Shown here in pieces: positions 24,201-39,800 of a stretch of DNA of 64,000 nucleotides. Where the stretch lies: contig NC_092678.1 of the NCBI RefSeq assembly GCF_964355755.1, forward strand, positions 10,476,352 to 10,540,351, written 5' to 3'. Below the pieces are notes generated by a model. That model searched no databases. It was not told the DNA's origin and worked only from the letters and a program-made list of their open reading frames with translations. This stretch comes from Antedon mediterranea (taxonomy: Eukaryota; Animalia; Echinodermata). Numbering within the stretch: position 1 is the stretch's first letter; each line of letters begins with the position of its first letter. The position numbers were made by a program, and so were the translations under genes.

Positions 24201-27200
24201 GTCTCCAAATGCGATTTGAAGATATTCTGAGCACTTTGGTGTTTTTATGTTTAAAAGTTTTTTCGAAAATCACAAAATGGTCTAAAACGTCTCCAAATGC
24301 GATTTGAAGCTATTCTGTACACTTTGATGTTTTGTGTGAAAAAGTTTTGTCGAAATGCTCAAAATGGTTTAAAACGTTTTTAAAACGATATTAAGCTATT
24401 TTGTGCTCTTTGATGTTTTTGTATAACCAAGTTTCATCGAAATGCACAAAATGGTCTAAAACGTCTCCAAATACGATTTGAAGCTTTTCTAAGCACTTTG
24501 CTGTTTTTATGTTAACAAGTTTTTTCGAAAATCACAAAATGGTCTAAAACGTCTCCAAATGCGATTTGAAGATATTCTGAGCACTTTGGTGTTTTTATGT
24601 TAAAAAGTTTTTTCGAAAATCACAAAATGGTCTAAAACGTCTCCAAATGCGATTTGAAGATATTCTGAGCACTTTGGTGTTTTTATGTTAAAAAGTTTTT
24701 TCGAAAATCACAAAATGGTCTAAAACGTCTCCAAATGCGATTTGAAGCTATTCTGTACACTTTGATGTTTTGTGTGAAAAAGTTTTGTCGAAATGCTCAA
24801 AATGGTCTAAAACGTTTTTAAAACGATATAAAGCTATTTTGTGCTCTTTGAGGTTTTTGTGTAACCAAGTTTTTTCAAAAATCACAAAATGGTCTAAAAC
24901 GTCTCCAAATGCGATTTGAAGCTTTTCTAAGCACTTTGGTGTTTTTATGTTAACAAGTTTTTTCGAAAACCACAAAATGGTCTAAAACGTTTTAAAATGC
25001 GATTTGAAGGTATTCTGAGCACTTTGGTGTTTTTGTGTGAAAAGTTTTAACGAAATGCTCAAAATGGTCTAAAACGGTTTCTAATGTGATTTTAACCACT
25101 TTGATGTTTTTGTGTAACCAAGTTTTTTCGAAAATCACAAAATGGTCTAAAACGTCTCCAAATGCGATTTGAAGCTTTTCTAAGCACTTTGGTGTTTTTA
25201 TGTTAACAAGTTTTTTCGAAAATCACAAAATGGTCTAAAACGTCTCCAAATGCGATTTGAAGCTATTCTGTACACTTTGATGTTTTGTGTGAAAAAAGTT
25301 TTGTCGAAATGCTTAAAATGGTCTAAAACGTTTTTAAAACGATATTAAGCTATTTTGTGCTCTTTGATGTTTTTGTGTAACCAAGTTTTATCGAAATGAA
25401 CAAAATGGTCTAAAACGTCTCCAAATGCGATTTGAAGCTTTTCCAAGCACTTTGCTGTTTTTATGTTAACAGGTTTTTTCGAAAATCACAAAATGGTCTA
25501 AAACGTCTCAAAATGCGATTTGAAGGTATTCTGAGCACTTTGGTGTTTTTGTGTGAAAAGTTTTAACGAAATGCTCAAAATTGTCTAAAACGGTTTCTAA
25601 TGTGATTTTAAGCACTTTGATGTTTTTGTAAAACCAAGTTTCATCGAAATGCACAAAATGGTCTAAAACGCCTCCAAATGCGATTTAAAGCTATTCTAGA
25701 CACTTTGATGTTTTGTGTGAAAAAGTTTTCTCGAAATGCTCAAAATGGTCTAAAACGTTTTCCAATACCATATTAAGCTATTTTGTGCAATTTGATGTTT
25801 TTGTGTAACCAAGTTTTTTGAAATGCGATTTGAAGATATTCTGAGGACTTTGGTGTTTTTATGTTAAAAAGTTTTTTCGAAAATCACAAAATGGTCTAAA
25901 ACGTCTCCAAATGCGATTTGAAGATATTCTGAGCACTTTGGTGTTTTTATGTTAAAAAGTTTTTTCGAAAATCACAAAATGGTCTAAAACGTCTCCAAAT
26001 GCGATTTGAAGGTCTTCTGTACACTTTGATGTTTTGTGTGAAAAAGTTTTTTCAAAATGCTCAAAATGGTCTAAAACGTTTTTAAAACGATATTAAGCTA
26101 TTTTGTGCTCTTTGATGTTTTTGTATAACCAAGTTTTTTCGAAAATCACAAAATGGTCTAAAACGTCTCCAAATGCGATTTGAAGCTTTTCCAAGCACTT
26201 TGCTGTTTTTATGTTAACAAGTTTTTTCGAAAATCACAAAATGGTCTAAAACGTCTCAAAATACGATATTAAGCTGTTTTGTGCACTTTGATGATTTGTG
26301 TGAAAAGTTTTAACGAAATGCTCAAAATGGTCTAAAACGGTTTCTAATGTGATTTTAAGCACTTTGATGTTTTTATGTAGCCAAGTTTTTTCGAAAATCA
26401 CAAAATGGTCAAAAACGTCTCCAAATGCGATTTGAAGCTTTTCTAAGCCCTTTGGTGTTTTTATGTTAACAAGTTTTTTCGAAAATCACAAAATGGTCTA
26501 TAACGTCTCCAAATGCGATTTGAAGCTATTCTGTACACTTTGATGTTTTGTGTGAAAAAGTTTTGTCAAAATGCTCAAAATGGTCTAAAACGTTTTTAAA
26601 ACGATATTAAGCTATTTTGTGCTCTTTGATGTGTTTGTATAACCAAGTTTTTTCGAAAATCACAAAATGGTCTAAAACGTCTCCAAATGCGATTTGAAGC
26701 TTTTCCAAGCACTTTGCTGTTTTTATGTTAACAATTTTTTTCGAAAATCATAAAATGGTCTAAAACGTCTCAAAATGCGATTTGAAGGTATTCTGAGCAC
26801 TTTGGTGTTTTTGTGTGAAAAGTTTTAACGAAATGCTCAAAATGGTCTAAAACGGTTCTAATGTGATTTTAAGCACTTTGATGTTTTTGTATAACCAAGT
26901 TTCATCGAAATGCACAAAATGGTCTAAAACGTCTCCAAATGCGATTTAAAGCTATTCTAGACACTTTGATGTTTTGTGTGAAAAATTTTCTCGAAATGCT
27001 CAAAATGGTCTAAAACGTTTTCCAATACCATATTAAGCTATTTTGTGCAATTTGATGTTTTTGTGTAACCAAGTTTTTTGAAATGCGATTTGAAGATATT
27101 CTGAGGACTTTGGTGTTTTTATGTTAAAAAGTTTTTTCGAAAATCACAAAATGGTCTAAAACGTCTCCAAATGCGATTTGAAGATATTCTGAGCACTTTG

Positions 27201-27815
27201 GTGTTTTTATGTTAAAAAGTTTTTTGGAAAATCACAAAATGGTCTAAAACGACTCCAAATGCGATTTGAAGCTATCCTGTACACTTTGATGTTTTGTGTG
27301 AAAAAGTTTTGTCGAAATGCTCAAAATGGTCTAAAACGTTTTTAAAACGATATTAAGCTATTTTGTGCTCTTTGATGTTTTTGTGTAACCAAGTTTCATC
27401 GAAATGAACAAAATGGTCTAAAACGTCTCCAAATGCGATTTGAAGCTTTTCTAAGCACTTTGGTGTTTTTATGTTAACAAGTTTTTTCGAAAATCACAAA
27501 ATGGTCTAAAACGTCTCCAAATGCGATTTGAAGATATTCTGAGCACTTTGCTGTTTTTATGTTAACAAGTTTTTTCGAAAATCACAAAATGGTCTAAAAC
27601 GTCTCAAAATGCTATTTGAAGGTATTCTGAGCACTTTGGTGTTTTTGTGTGAAAAGTTTTAACGAAATGCTCAAAATGGTCTAAAACGGTTCTAATGTGA
27701 TTTTAAACACTTTGATGTTTTGTGTGAAAAAGTTTTGTCAAAATGCTGAAAATGGTCTAAAACGTTTTTAAAACGATATTAAGCTATTTTGTGCTCTTTG
27801 ATGTTTTTGTATAAC
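15212..27815. repeat. 12.6 kb tandem super-duplication, copy 1 (12,604 bp)
   Basis: Constant offset 12604 for five ORF pairs (15600/28204, 21788/34392, 22008/34612, 22435/35039, 24748/37352); the match breaks upstream of ~15212. Confidence 0.92.
16016..20690. repeat. 1816 bp higher-order repeat (21 monomers), about 2.6 copies
   Basis: Marker GAAGTATTTGTAAAAAC at 16664, 18480, 20296; unit starts 16016, 17832, 19648; order D-T-U-L-T-U-G-S-L-D-T-U-D-D-T-U-L-G-S-U-L. Confidence 0.9.
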
Positions 27816-30800
27816 CAAGTTTTTTCGAAAATCACAAAATGGTCTAAAACGTCTCCAAATGCGATTTGAAGATATTCTGAGCACTTTGGTGTTTTTATGT
27901 TAAAAAGTATTTTCGAAAATCACAAAATGGTCTAAAACGTCTCCAAATGCGATTTGAAGCTCTTCTGTACACTTTGATGTTTTGTGTGAAAAAGTTTAGT
28001 CGAAATGCTCAAAATGGTCTAAAACGTTTTTAAAACGATATTAAGCTATTTTGTGCTCTTTGATGTTTTTGTGTAACCAAGTTTCATCGAAAATCACAAA
28101 ATGGTCTAAAACGTCTCCAAATGCGATTTGAAGCTTTTCCAAGCACTTTGCTGTTTTTATGTTAACAAGTTTTTTCGAAAATCACAAAATGGTCTAAAAC
28201 GTCTCAAAATGCGATTTGAAGGTATTCTGAGCACTTTGGTGTTTTTGTGTGAAAAGTTTTAACGAAATGCTCAAAATTGTCTAAAACGGTTTCTAATGTG
28301 ATTTTAAGCACTTTGATGTTTTTGTAAAACCAAGTTTCATCGAAATGAACAAAATGGTCTAAAATGTCTCCAAATGCGATTTGAAGCTTTTCCAAGCACT
28401 TTGCTGTTTTTATGTTAACAAGCTTTTTCGAAAATCACAAAATGGTCTAAAACGTCTCCAAATGCGATTTGAAGATATTCTGAGCACTTTGGTGTTTTTA
28501 TGTTAAAAAGTTTTTTCGAAAATCACAAAATGGTCTAAAACGTCTCCAAATGCGATTTGAAGATATTCTAAGCACTTTGGTGTTTTTATGTTAACAAGTT
28601 TTTTCGAAAATCACAAAATGGTCTAAAACGTCTCCAAATGCGATTTGAAGATATTCTGAGCACTTTGGTGTTTTTCTGTTAAAAAGTATTTTCGAAAATC
28701 ACAAAATGGTCTAAAACGTCTCCAAATGCAATTTGAAGCTATTCTGTACACTTTGATGTTTTGTGTCAAAAAGTTTTGTCAAAAGGCTCAAAATGGTCTA
28801 AAACGTTTTTAAAACGATATTAAGCTATTTTGTGCTCTTTGATGTTTTTGTATAACCAAGTTTTTTCGAAAATCACAAAATGGTCTAAAACGTCTCCAAA
28901 TGCGATTTGAAGCTTTTCTAAACACTTTGGTGTTTTTATGTTAACAAGTTTTTTCGAAAATCACAAAATGGTCTAAAACGTCTCCAAATCCGATTTGAAG
29001 CTATTCTGTACACTTTGATGTTTTGTGTGAAAAAGTTTTGTCGAAATGCTCAAAATGGTCTAAAACGTTTTTAAAACGATATTAAGCTATTTTGTGCTCT
29101 TTGATGTTTTTGTGTAACCAAGTTTCATCGATATGAACAAAATGGTCTAAAACGTCTCAAAATGCGATTTGAAGGTATTCTGAGCACTTTGGTGTTTTTG
29201 GGTGAAAAGTTTTAACGAAATGCTCAAAATGGTCTAAAACGGTTTCTAATGTGATTTTAAGCACTTTGAAGTATTTGTAAAAACAAGTTTCATCGAAATG
29301 CACAAAATAGTCTAAAACGTCTCCAAATGCGATTTGAAGCTTTTCTAAGCACTTTGGTGTTTTTATGTTAACAAGTTTTTTCGAAAATCACAAAATGGTC
29401 TAAAACGTCTCCAAATGCGATTTGAAGATATTCTGAGCACTTTGGTGTTTTTATGTTAAAAAGTATTTTCGAAAATCACAAAATGGTCTAAAACGTCTCC
29501 AAATGCGATTTGAAGCTCTTCTGTACACTTTGATGTTTTGTGTGAAAAAGTTTAGTCGAAATGCTCAAAATGGTCTAAAACGTTTTTAAAACGATATTAA
29601 GCTATTTTGTGCTCTTTGATGTTTTTGTGTAACCAAGTTTCATCGAAAATCACAAAATGGTCTAAAACGTCTCCAAATGCGATTTGAAGATATTCTGAGC
29701 ACTTTGGTGTTTTTATGTTAACAAGTTTTTTCGAAAATCACAAAATGGTCTAAAACGTCTCCAAATGCGATTTGAAGATATTCTGAGCACTTTGGTGTTT
29801 TTATGTTAAAAAGTTTTTTCGAAAATCACAAAATGGTCTAAAACGTCTCCAAATGCGATTTGAAGCTATTCTATACACTTTGATGTTTTGTGTTAAAAAG
29901 TTTTGTCGAAATGCTCAAAATGGTTTAAAACGTTTTTAAAACGATATTAAGCTATTTTGTGCTCTTTGATGTTTTTGTGTAACCAAGTTTCATCGAAATG
30001 AACAAAATGGTCTAAAACGTCTCCAAATGCGATTTGAAGCTTTTCCAAGCACTTTGCTGTTTTTATGTTAACAAGTTTTTTCGAAAATCACAAAATTGTC
30101 TAAAACGTCTCAAAATGCGATTTGAAGGTATTTTGAGCACTTTGGTGTTTTTGTGTGAAAAGTTTTAACGAAAAGCTCAAAATGGTCTAAAACGGTTCTA
30201 ATGTGATTTTAAGCACTTTGATGTTTTTGTACAACCAAGTTTCATCGAAATGCTCAAAATGGTCTAAAACGTTTTTAAAACGATATTAAGCTATTTTGTG
30301 CTCTTTGATGTTTTTGTGTAACCAAGTTTTTTCGAAAATCACAAAATGGTCTAAAACGTCTCCAAATGCGATTTGAAGCTTTTCTAAGCACTTTGGTGTT
30401 TTTATGTTAACAAGTTTTTTCGAAAATCACAAAATGGTCTAAAACGTCTCCAAATGCGATTTGAAGATATTCTGAGCACTTTGGTGTTTTTCTGTTAAAA
30501 AGTATTTTCGAAAATCACAAAATGGTCTAAAACGTCTCCAAATGCAATTTGAAGCTATTCTGTACACTTTGATGTTTTGTGTGAAAAAGTTTTGTCAAAA
30601 TGCTCAAAATGGTCTAAAACGTTTTTAAAACGATATTAAGCTATTTTGTGCTCTTTGATGTTTTTGTATAACCAAGTTTTTTCGAAAATCACAAAATGGT
30701 CTAAAACGTCTCCAAATGCGATTTGAAGCTTTTCTAAACACTTTGGTGTTTTTATGTTAACAAGTTTTTTCGAAAATCACAAAATGGTCTAAAACGTCTC

Positions 30801-33800
30801 CAAATCCGATTTGAAGCTATTCTGTACACTTTGATGTTTTGTGTGAAAAAGTTTTGTCGAAATGCTCAAAATGGTCTAAAACGTTTTTAAAACGATATTA
30901 AGCTATTTTGTGCTCTTTGATGTTTTTGTGTAACCAAGTTTCATCGATATGAACAAAATGGTCTAAAACGTCTCAAAATGCGATTTGAAGGTATTCTGAG
31001 CACTTTGGTGTTTTTGGGTGAAAAGTTTTAACGAAATGCTCAAAATGGTCTAAAACGGTTTCTAATGTCATTTTAAGCACTTTGAAGTATTTGTAAAAAC
31101 AAGTTTCATCGAAATGCACAAAATAGTCTAAAACGTCTCCAAATGCGATTTGAAGCTTTTCTAAGCACTTTGGTGTTTTTATGTTAACAAGTTTTTTCGA
31201 AAATCACAAAATGGTCTAAAACGTCTCCAAATGCGATTTGAAGATATTCTGAGCACTTTGGTGTTTTTATGTTAAAAAGTATTTTCGAAAATCACAAAAT
31301 GGTCTAAAACGTCTCCAAATGCGATTTGAAGCTCTTCTGTACACTTTGATGTTTTTTGTGAAAAAGTTTAGTCGAAATGCTCAAAATGGTCTATAACGTT
31401 TTTAAAACGATATTAAGCTATTTTGTGCTCTTTGATGTTTTTGTGTAACCAAGTTTCATCGAAAATCACAAAATGGTCTAAAACGTCTCCAAATGCGATT
31501 TGAAGATATTCTGAGCACTTTGGTGTTTTTATGTTAACAAGTTTTTTCGAAAATCACAAAATGGTCTAAAACGTCTCCAAATGCGATTTGAAGATATTCT
31601 GAGCACTTTGGTGTTTTTATGTTAAAAAGTTTTTTCGAAAATCACAAAATGGTCTAAAACGTCTCCAAATGCGATTTGAAGCTATTCTATACACTTTGAT
31701 GTTTTGTGTTAAAAAGTTTTGTCGAAATGCTCAAAATGGTTTAAAACGTTTTTAAAACGATATTAAGCTATTTTGTGCTCTTTGATGTTTTTGTGTAACC
31801 AAGTTTCATCGAAATGAACAAAATGGTCTAAAACGTCTCCAAATGCGATTTGAAGCTTTTCCAAGCACTTTGCTGTTTTTATGTTAACAAGTTTTTTCGA
31901 AAATCACAAAATTGTCTAAAACGTCTCAAAATGCGATTTGAAGGTATTCTGAGCACTTTGGTGTTTTTGTGTGAAAAGTTTTAACGAAAAGCTCAAAATG
32001 GTCTAAAACGGTTCTAATGTGATTTTAAGCACTTTGATGTTTTTGTACAACCAAGTTTCATCGAAATGCTCAAAATGGTCTAAAACGTTTTTAAAACGAT
32101 ATTAAGCTATTTTGTGCTCTTTGATGTTTTTGTGTAACCAAGTTTTTTCGAAAATCACAAAATGGTCTAAAACGTCTCCAAATGCGATTTGAAGCTTTTC
32201 TAAGCACTTTGGTGTTTTTATGTTAACAAGTTTTTTCGAAAATCACAAAATGGTCTAAAACGTCTCCAAATGCGATTTGAAGATATTCTGAGCACTTTGG
32301 TGTTTTTCTGTTAAAAAGTATTTTCGAAAATCACAAAATGGTCTAAAACGTCTCCAAATGCAATTTGAAGCTATTCTGTACACTTTGATGTTTTGTGTGA
32401 AAAAGTTTTGTCAAAATGCTCAAAATGGTCTAAAACGTTTTTAAAACGATATTAAGCTATTTTGTGCTCTTTGATGTTTTTGTATAACCAAGTTTTTTCG
32501 AAAATCACAAAATGGTCTAAAACGTCTCCAAATGCGATTTGAAGCTTTTCTAAACACTTTGGTGTTTTTATGTTAACAAGTTTTTTCGAAAATCACAAAA
32601 TGGTCTAAAACGTCTCCAAATCCGATTTGAAGCTATTCTGTACACTTTGATGTTTTGTGTGAAAAAGTTTTGTCGAAATGCTCAAAATGGTCTAAAACGT
32701 TTTTAAAACGATATTAAGCTATTTTGTGCTCTTTGATGTTTTTGTGTAACCAAGTTTCATCGATATGAACAAAATGGTCTAAAACGTCTCAAAATGCGAT
32801 TTGAAGGTATTCTGAGCACTTTGGTGTTTTTGGGTGAAAAGTTTTAACGAAATGCTCAAAATGGTCTAAAACGGTTTCTAATGTGATTTTAAGCACTTTG
32901 AAGTATTTGTAAAAACAAGTTTCATCGAAATGCACAAAATAGTCTAAAACGTCTCCAAATGCGATTTGAAGCTTTTCTAAGCACTTTGGTGTTTTTATGT
33001 TAACAAGTTTTTTCGAAAATCACAAAATGGTCTAAAACGTCTCCAAATAAGATTTGAAGATATTCTGAGCACTTTGGTGTTTTTATGTTAAAAAGTATTT
33101 TCGAAAATCACAAAATGGTCTAAAACGTCTCCAAATGCGATTTGAAGCTCTTCTGTACACTTTGATGTTTTGTGTGAAAAAGTTTAGTCGAAATGCTCAA
33201 AATGGTCTAAAACGTTTTTAAAACGATATTAAGCTATTTTGTGCTCTTTGATGTTTTTGTGTAACCAAGTTTCATCGAAAATCACAAAATGGTCTAAAAC
33301 GTCTCCAAATGCGATTTGAAGCTTTTCCAAGCACTTTGCTGTTTTTATGTTAACAAGTTTTTTCGAAAATCACAAAATGGTCTAAAACGTCTCAAAATAC
33401 GATATTAAGCTGTTTTGTGCACTTTGATGATTTGTGTGAAAAGTTTTAACGAAATGCTCAAAATGGTCTAAAACGGTTTCTAATGTGATTTTAAGCACTT
33501 TGATGTTTTTATGTAGCCAAGTTTTTTCGAAAATCACAAAATGGTCAAAAACGTCTCCAAATGCGATTTGAAGCTTTTCTAAGCACTTTGGTGTTTTTAT
33601 GTTAACAAGTTTTTTCGAAAATCACAAAATGGTCTAAAACGTCTTCAAATGCGATTTGAAGATATTCTGAGCACTTTGGTGTTTTTCTGTTAAAAAGTAT
33701 TTTCGAAAATCACAAAATGGTCTATAACGTCTCCAAATGCGATTTGAAGCTATTCTGTACACTTTGATGTTTTGTGTGAAAAAGTTTTGTCAAAATGCTC

Positions 33801-36800
33801 AAAATGGTCTAAAACGTTTTTAAAACGATATTAAGCTATTTTGTGCTCTTTGATGTGTTTGTATAACCAAGTTTTTTTCGAAAATCACAAAATGGTCTAA
33901 AACGTCTCCAAATGCGATTTAAAGCTATTCTAGACACTTTGATGTTTTGTGTGAAAAATTTTCTCGAAATGCTCAAAATGGTCTAAAACGTTTTCCAATA
34001 CCATTATTAAGCTATTTTGTGCAATTTGATGTTTTTGTGTAACCAAGTTTTTTGAAATGCGATTTGAAGATATTCTGAGGACTTTGGTGTTTTTATGTTA
34101 AAAAGTTTTTTCGAAAATCACAAAATGGTCTAAAACGTCTCCAAATGCGATTTGAAGATATTCTGAGCACTTTGGTGTTTTTATGTTAAAAAGTTTTTTG
34201 GAAAATCACAAAATGGTCTAAAACGACTCCAAATGCGATTTGAAGCTATCCTGTACACTTTGATGTTTTGTGTGAAAAAGTTTTGTCGAAATGCTCAAAA
34301 TGATCTAAAACGTTTTTAAAACGATATTAAGCTATTTTGTGCTCTTTGATGTTTTTGTGTATCCAAGTTTCATCGAAATGAACAAAATGGTCTAAAACGT
34401 TTTTAAATACCATATTAAGCTGTTTTGTGCACTTTGATGATTTGTGTGAAAAGTTTTAACGAAATGCTCAAAATAGTCTAAAACGGTTTCTAATGTGATT
34501 TTAAGCACTTTGATGTTTTTGTGTAACCAAGTTTTATCGAAATGAACAAAATGGTCTAAAACGTCTCCAAATGCGATTTGAAGCTTTTCCAAGCACTTTG
34601 CTGTTTTTATATTAAGTTTTTTCGAAAATCACAAAATGGTCTAAAACGTCTCTAAATGCGATTTGAAGGTATTCTGAGCAATTTGGTGTTTTTGTGTGAA
34701 AAGTTTTAACGAAATGCTCAAAATTGTCTAAAACGGTTTCTAATGTGATTTTAAGCACTTTGATGTTTTTGTAAAACCAAGTTTCATCGAAATGCACAAA
34801 ATGGTCTAAAACGTCTCCAAATGCGATTTGAAGCTATTCTGTACACTTTGATGTTTTGTGTGAAAAAAGTTTTTTTTCGAAATGCTCAAAATGGTCTAAA
34901 ACGTTTTTAAAACGATATTAAGCTATTTTGTGCTCTTTGATGTTTTTGTGTAACCAAGTTTTATCGAAATGAACAAAATGTTCTAAAACGTCTCCAAATG
35001 CGATTTGAAGCTTTTCCAAGCACTTTGCTGTTTTTATGTTAAGTTTTTTCGAAAATCACAAAATGGTCTAAAACGTCTCTAAATGCGATTTGAAGGTATT
35101 CTGAGCACTTTGGTGTTTTTGTGTGAAAAGTTTTAACGAAATGCTCAAAATTGTCTAAAACGGTTTCTAATGTGATTTTAAGCACTTTGATGTTTTTGTA
35201 AAACCAAGTTTCATCGAAATGCACAAAATGGTCTAAAACGTCTCCAAATGCGATTTGAAGCTTTTCCAAGCACTTTGCTGTTTTTATGTTAACAAGCTTT
35301 TTCGAAAATCACAAAATGGTCTAAAACGTCTCCAAATGCGATTTGAAGATATTCTGAGCACTTTGGTGTTTTTATGTTAAAAAGTTTTTTCGAAAATCAC
35401 AAAATGGTCTAAAACGTCTCCAAATTCGATTTGAAGCTCTTCTGTACACTTTGATGTTTTGTGTGAAAAAGTTTTGTCAAAATGCTCAAAATGGTCTAAA
35501 ACGTTTTTAAAACGATATTAAGCTATTTTGTGCTCTTTGATGTTTTTGTATAACCAAGTTTTTTCGAAAATCACAAAATTGTCTAAAACGTCTCCAAATG
35601 CGATTTGAAGATATTCTGAGCACTTTGGTGTTTTTATGTTAAAAAGTTTTTTCGAAAATCACAAAATGGTCTAAAACGTCTCCAAATGCGATTTGAAAAA
35701 ATTCTGAGCACTTTGGTGTTTTTATGTTAAAAAGTTTTTTCGAAAATCACAAAATGGTCTAAAACGTCTCCAAATGCGATTTGAAGCTCTTCTGTACACT
35801 TTGATGTTTTGTGTGAAAAAGTTTTGTCAAAATGCTCAAAATGGTCTAAAACGTTTTTAAAACGATATTAAGCTATTTTGTGCTCTTTGATGTTTTTGTA
35901 TAACCAAGTTTTTTCGAAAATCACAAAATTGTCTAAAACGTCTCCAAATGCGATTTGAAGATATTCTGAGCACTTTGGTGTTTTTATGTTAAAAAGTTTT
36001 TTCGAAAATCACAAAATGGTCTAAAACGTCTCCAAATGCGATTTGAAGCTATTCTGAGCACTTTGGTGTTTTTCTGTTAAAAAGTATTTTCGAAAATCAC
36101 AAAATGGTCTAAAACGTCTCCAAATGCAATTTGAAGCTATTCTGTACACTTTGATGTTTTGTGTGAAAAAGTTTTGTCAAAATGCTCAAAATGGTCTAAA
36201 ACGTTTTTAAAACGATATTAAGCTATTTTGTGCTCTTTGATGTTTTTGTATAACCAAGTTTTTTCGAAAATCACAAAATGGTCTAAAACGTCTCCAAATG
36301 CGATTTGAAGCTTTTCTAAACACTTTGGTGTTTTTATGTTAACAAGTTTTTTCGAAAATCACAAAATGGTCTAAAACGTCTCCAAATCCGATTTGAAGCT
36401 ATTCTGTACACTTTGATGTTTTGTGTGAAAAAGTTTTGTCGAAATGCTCAAAATGGTCTAAAACGTTTTTAAAACGATATTAAGCTATTTTGTGCTCTTT
36501 GATGTTTTTGTGTAACCAAGTTTCATCGATATGAACAAAATGGTCTAAAACGTCTCAAAATGCGATTTGAAGGTATTCTGAGCACTTTGGTGTTTTTGGG
36601 TGAAAAGTTTTAACGAAATGCTCAAAATGGTCTAAAACGGTTTCTAATGTGATTTTAAGCACTTTGAAGTATTTGTAAAAACAAGTTTCATCGAAATGCA
36701 CAAAATGGTCTAAAACGTCTCCAAATGCGATTTGAAGCTTTTCTAAGCACTTTGGTGTTTTTATGTTAACAAGTTTTTTCGAAAATCACAAAATGGTCTA

Positions 36801-39800
36801 AAACGTCTCCAAATGCGATTTGAAGATATTCTGAGCACTTTGGTGTTTTTATGTTTAAAAGTTTTTTCGAAAATCACAAAATGGTCTAAAACGTCTCCAA
36901 ATGCGATTTGAAGCTATTCTGTACACTTTGATGTTTTGTGTGAAAAAGTTTTGTCGAAATGCTCAAAATGGTTTAAAACGTTTTTAAAACGATATTAAGC
37001 TATTTTGTGCTCTTTGATGTTTTTGTATAACCAAGTTTCATCGAAATGCACAAAATGGTCTAAAACGTCTCCAAATACGATTTGAAGCTTTTCTAAGCAC
37101 TTTGCTGTTTTTATGTTAACAAGTTTTTTCGAAAATCACAAAATGGTCTAAAACGTCTCCAAATGCGATTTGAAGATATTCTGAGCACTTTGGTGTTTTT
37201 ATGTTAAAAAGTTTTTTCGAAAATCACAAAATGGTCTAAAACGTCTCCAAATGCGATTTGAAGATATTCTGAGCACTTTGGTGTTTTTATGTTAAAAAGT
37301 TTTTTCGAAAATCACAAAATGGTCTAAAACGTCTCCAAATGCGATTTGAAGCTATTCTGTACACTTTGATGTTTTGTGTGAAAAAGTTTTGTCGAAATGC
37401 TCAAAATGGTCTAAAACGTTTTTAAAACGATATAAAGCTATTTTGTGCTCTTTGAGGTTTTTGTGTAACCAAGTTTTTTCAAAAATCACAAAATGGTCTA
37501 AAACGTCTCCAAATGCGATTTGAAGCTTTTCTAAGCACTTTGGTGTTTTTATGTTAACAAGTTTTTTCGAAAACCACAAAATGGTCTAAAACGTTTTAAA
37601 ATGCGATTTGAAGGTATTCTGAGCACTTTGGTGTTTTTGTGTGAAAAGTTTTAACGAAATGCTCAAAATGGTCTAAAACGGTTTCTAATGTGATTTTAAC
37701 CACTTTGATGTTTTTGTGTAACCAAGTTTTTTCGAAAATCACAAAATGGTCTAAAACGTCTCCAAATGCGATTTGAAGCTTTTCTAAGCACTTTGGTGTT
37801 TTTATGTTAACAAGTTTTTTCGAAAATCACAAAATGGTCTAAAACGTCTCCAAATGCGATTTGAAGCTATTCTGTACACTTTGATGTTTTGTGTGAAAAA
37901 AGTTTTGTCGAAATGCTTAAAATGGTCTAAAACGTTTTTAAAACGATATTAAGCTATTTTGTGCTCTTTGATGTTTTTGTGTAACCAAGTTTTATCGAAA
38001 TGAACAAAATGGTCTAAAACGTCTCCAAATGCGATTTGAAGCTTTTCCAAGCACTTTGCTGTTTTTATGTTAACAGGTTTTTTCGAAAATCACAAAATGG
38101 TCTAAAACGTCTCAAAATGCGATTTGAAGGTATTCTGAGCACTTTGGTGTTTTTGTGTGAAAAGTTTTAACGAAATGCTCAAAATTGTCTAAAACGGTTT
38201 CTAATGTGATTTTAAGCACTTTGATGTTTTTGTAAAACCAAGTTTCATCGAAATGCACAAAATGGTCTAAAACGCCTCCAAATGCGATTTAAAGCTATTC
38301 TAGACACTTTGATGTTTTGTGTGAAAAAGTTTTCTCGAAATGCTCAAAATGGTCTAAAACGTTTTCCAATACCATATTAAGCTATTTTGTGCAATTTGAT
38401 GTTTTTGTGTAACCAAGTTTTTTGAAATGCGATTTGAAGATATTCTGAGGACTTTGGTGTTTTTATGTTAAAAAGTTTTTTCGAAAATCACAAAATGGTC
38501 TAAAACGTCTCCAAATGCGATTTGAAGATATTCTGAGCACTTTGGTGTTTTTATGTTAAAAAGTTTTTTCGAAAATCACAAAATGGTCTAAAACGTCTCC
38601 AAATGCGATTTGAAGGTCTTCTGTACACTTTGATGTTTTGTGTGAAAAAGTTTTTTCAAAATGCTCAAAATGGTCTAAAACGTTTTTAAAACGATATTAA
38701 GCTATTTTGTGCTCTTTGATGTTTTTGTATAACCAAGTTTTTTCGAAAATCACAAAATGGTCTAAAACGTCTCCAAATGCGATTTGAAGCTTTTCCAAGC
38801 ACTTTGCTGTTTTTATGTTAACAAGTTTTTTCGAAAATCACAAAATGGTCTAAAACGTCTCAAAATACGATATTAAGCTGTTTTGTGCACTTTGATGATT
38901 TGTGTGAAAAGTTTTAACGAAATGCTCAAAATGGTCTAAAACGGTTTCTAATGTGATTTTAAGCACTTTGATGTTTTTATGTAGCCAAGTTTTTTCGAAA
39001 ATCACAAAATGGTCAAAAACGTCTCCAAATGCGATTTGAAGCTTTTCTAAGCCCTTTGGTGTTTTTATGTTAACAAGTTTTTTCGAAAATCACAAAATGG
39101 TCTAAAACGTCTTCAAATGCGATTTGAAGATATTCTGAGCACTTTGGTGTTTTTCTGTTAAAAAGTATTTTCGAAAATCACAAAATGGTCTATAACGTCT
39201 CCAAATGCGATTTGAAGCTATTCTGTACACTTTGATGTTTTGTGTGAAAAAGTTTTGTCAAAATGCTCAAAATGGTCTAAAACGTTTTTAAAACGATATT
39301 AAGCTATTTTGTGCTCTTTGATGTGTTTGTATAACCAAGTTTTTTCGAAAATCACAAAATGGTCTAAAACGTCTCCAAATGCGATTTGAAGCTTTTCCAA
39401 GCACTTTGCTGTTTTTATGTTAACAATTTTTTTCGAAAATCATAAAATGGTCTAAAACGTCTCAAAATGCGATTTGAAGGTATTCTGAGCACTTTGGTGT
39501 TTTTGTGTGAAAAGTTTTAACGAAATGCTCAAAATGGTCTAAAACGGTTCTAATGTGATTTTAAGCACTTTGATGTTTTTGTATAACCAAGTTTCATCGA
39601 AATGCACAAAATGGTCTAAAACGTCTCCAAATGCGATTTAAAGCTATTCTAGACACTTTGATGTTTTGTGTGAAAAATTTTCTCGAAATGCTCAAAATGG
39701 TCTAAAACGTTTTCCAATACCATATTAAGCTATTTTGTGCAATTTGATGTTTTTGTGTAACCAAGTTTTTTGAAATGCGATTTGAAGATATTCTGAGGAC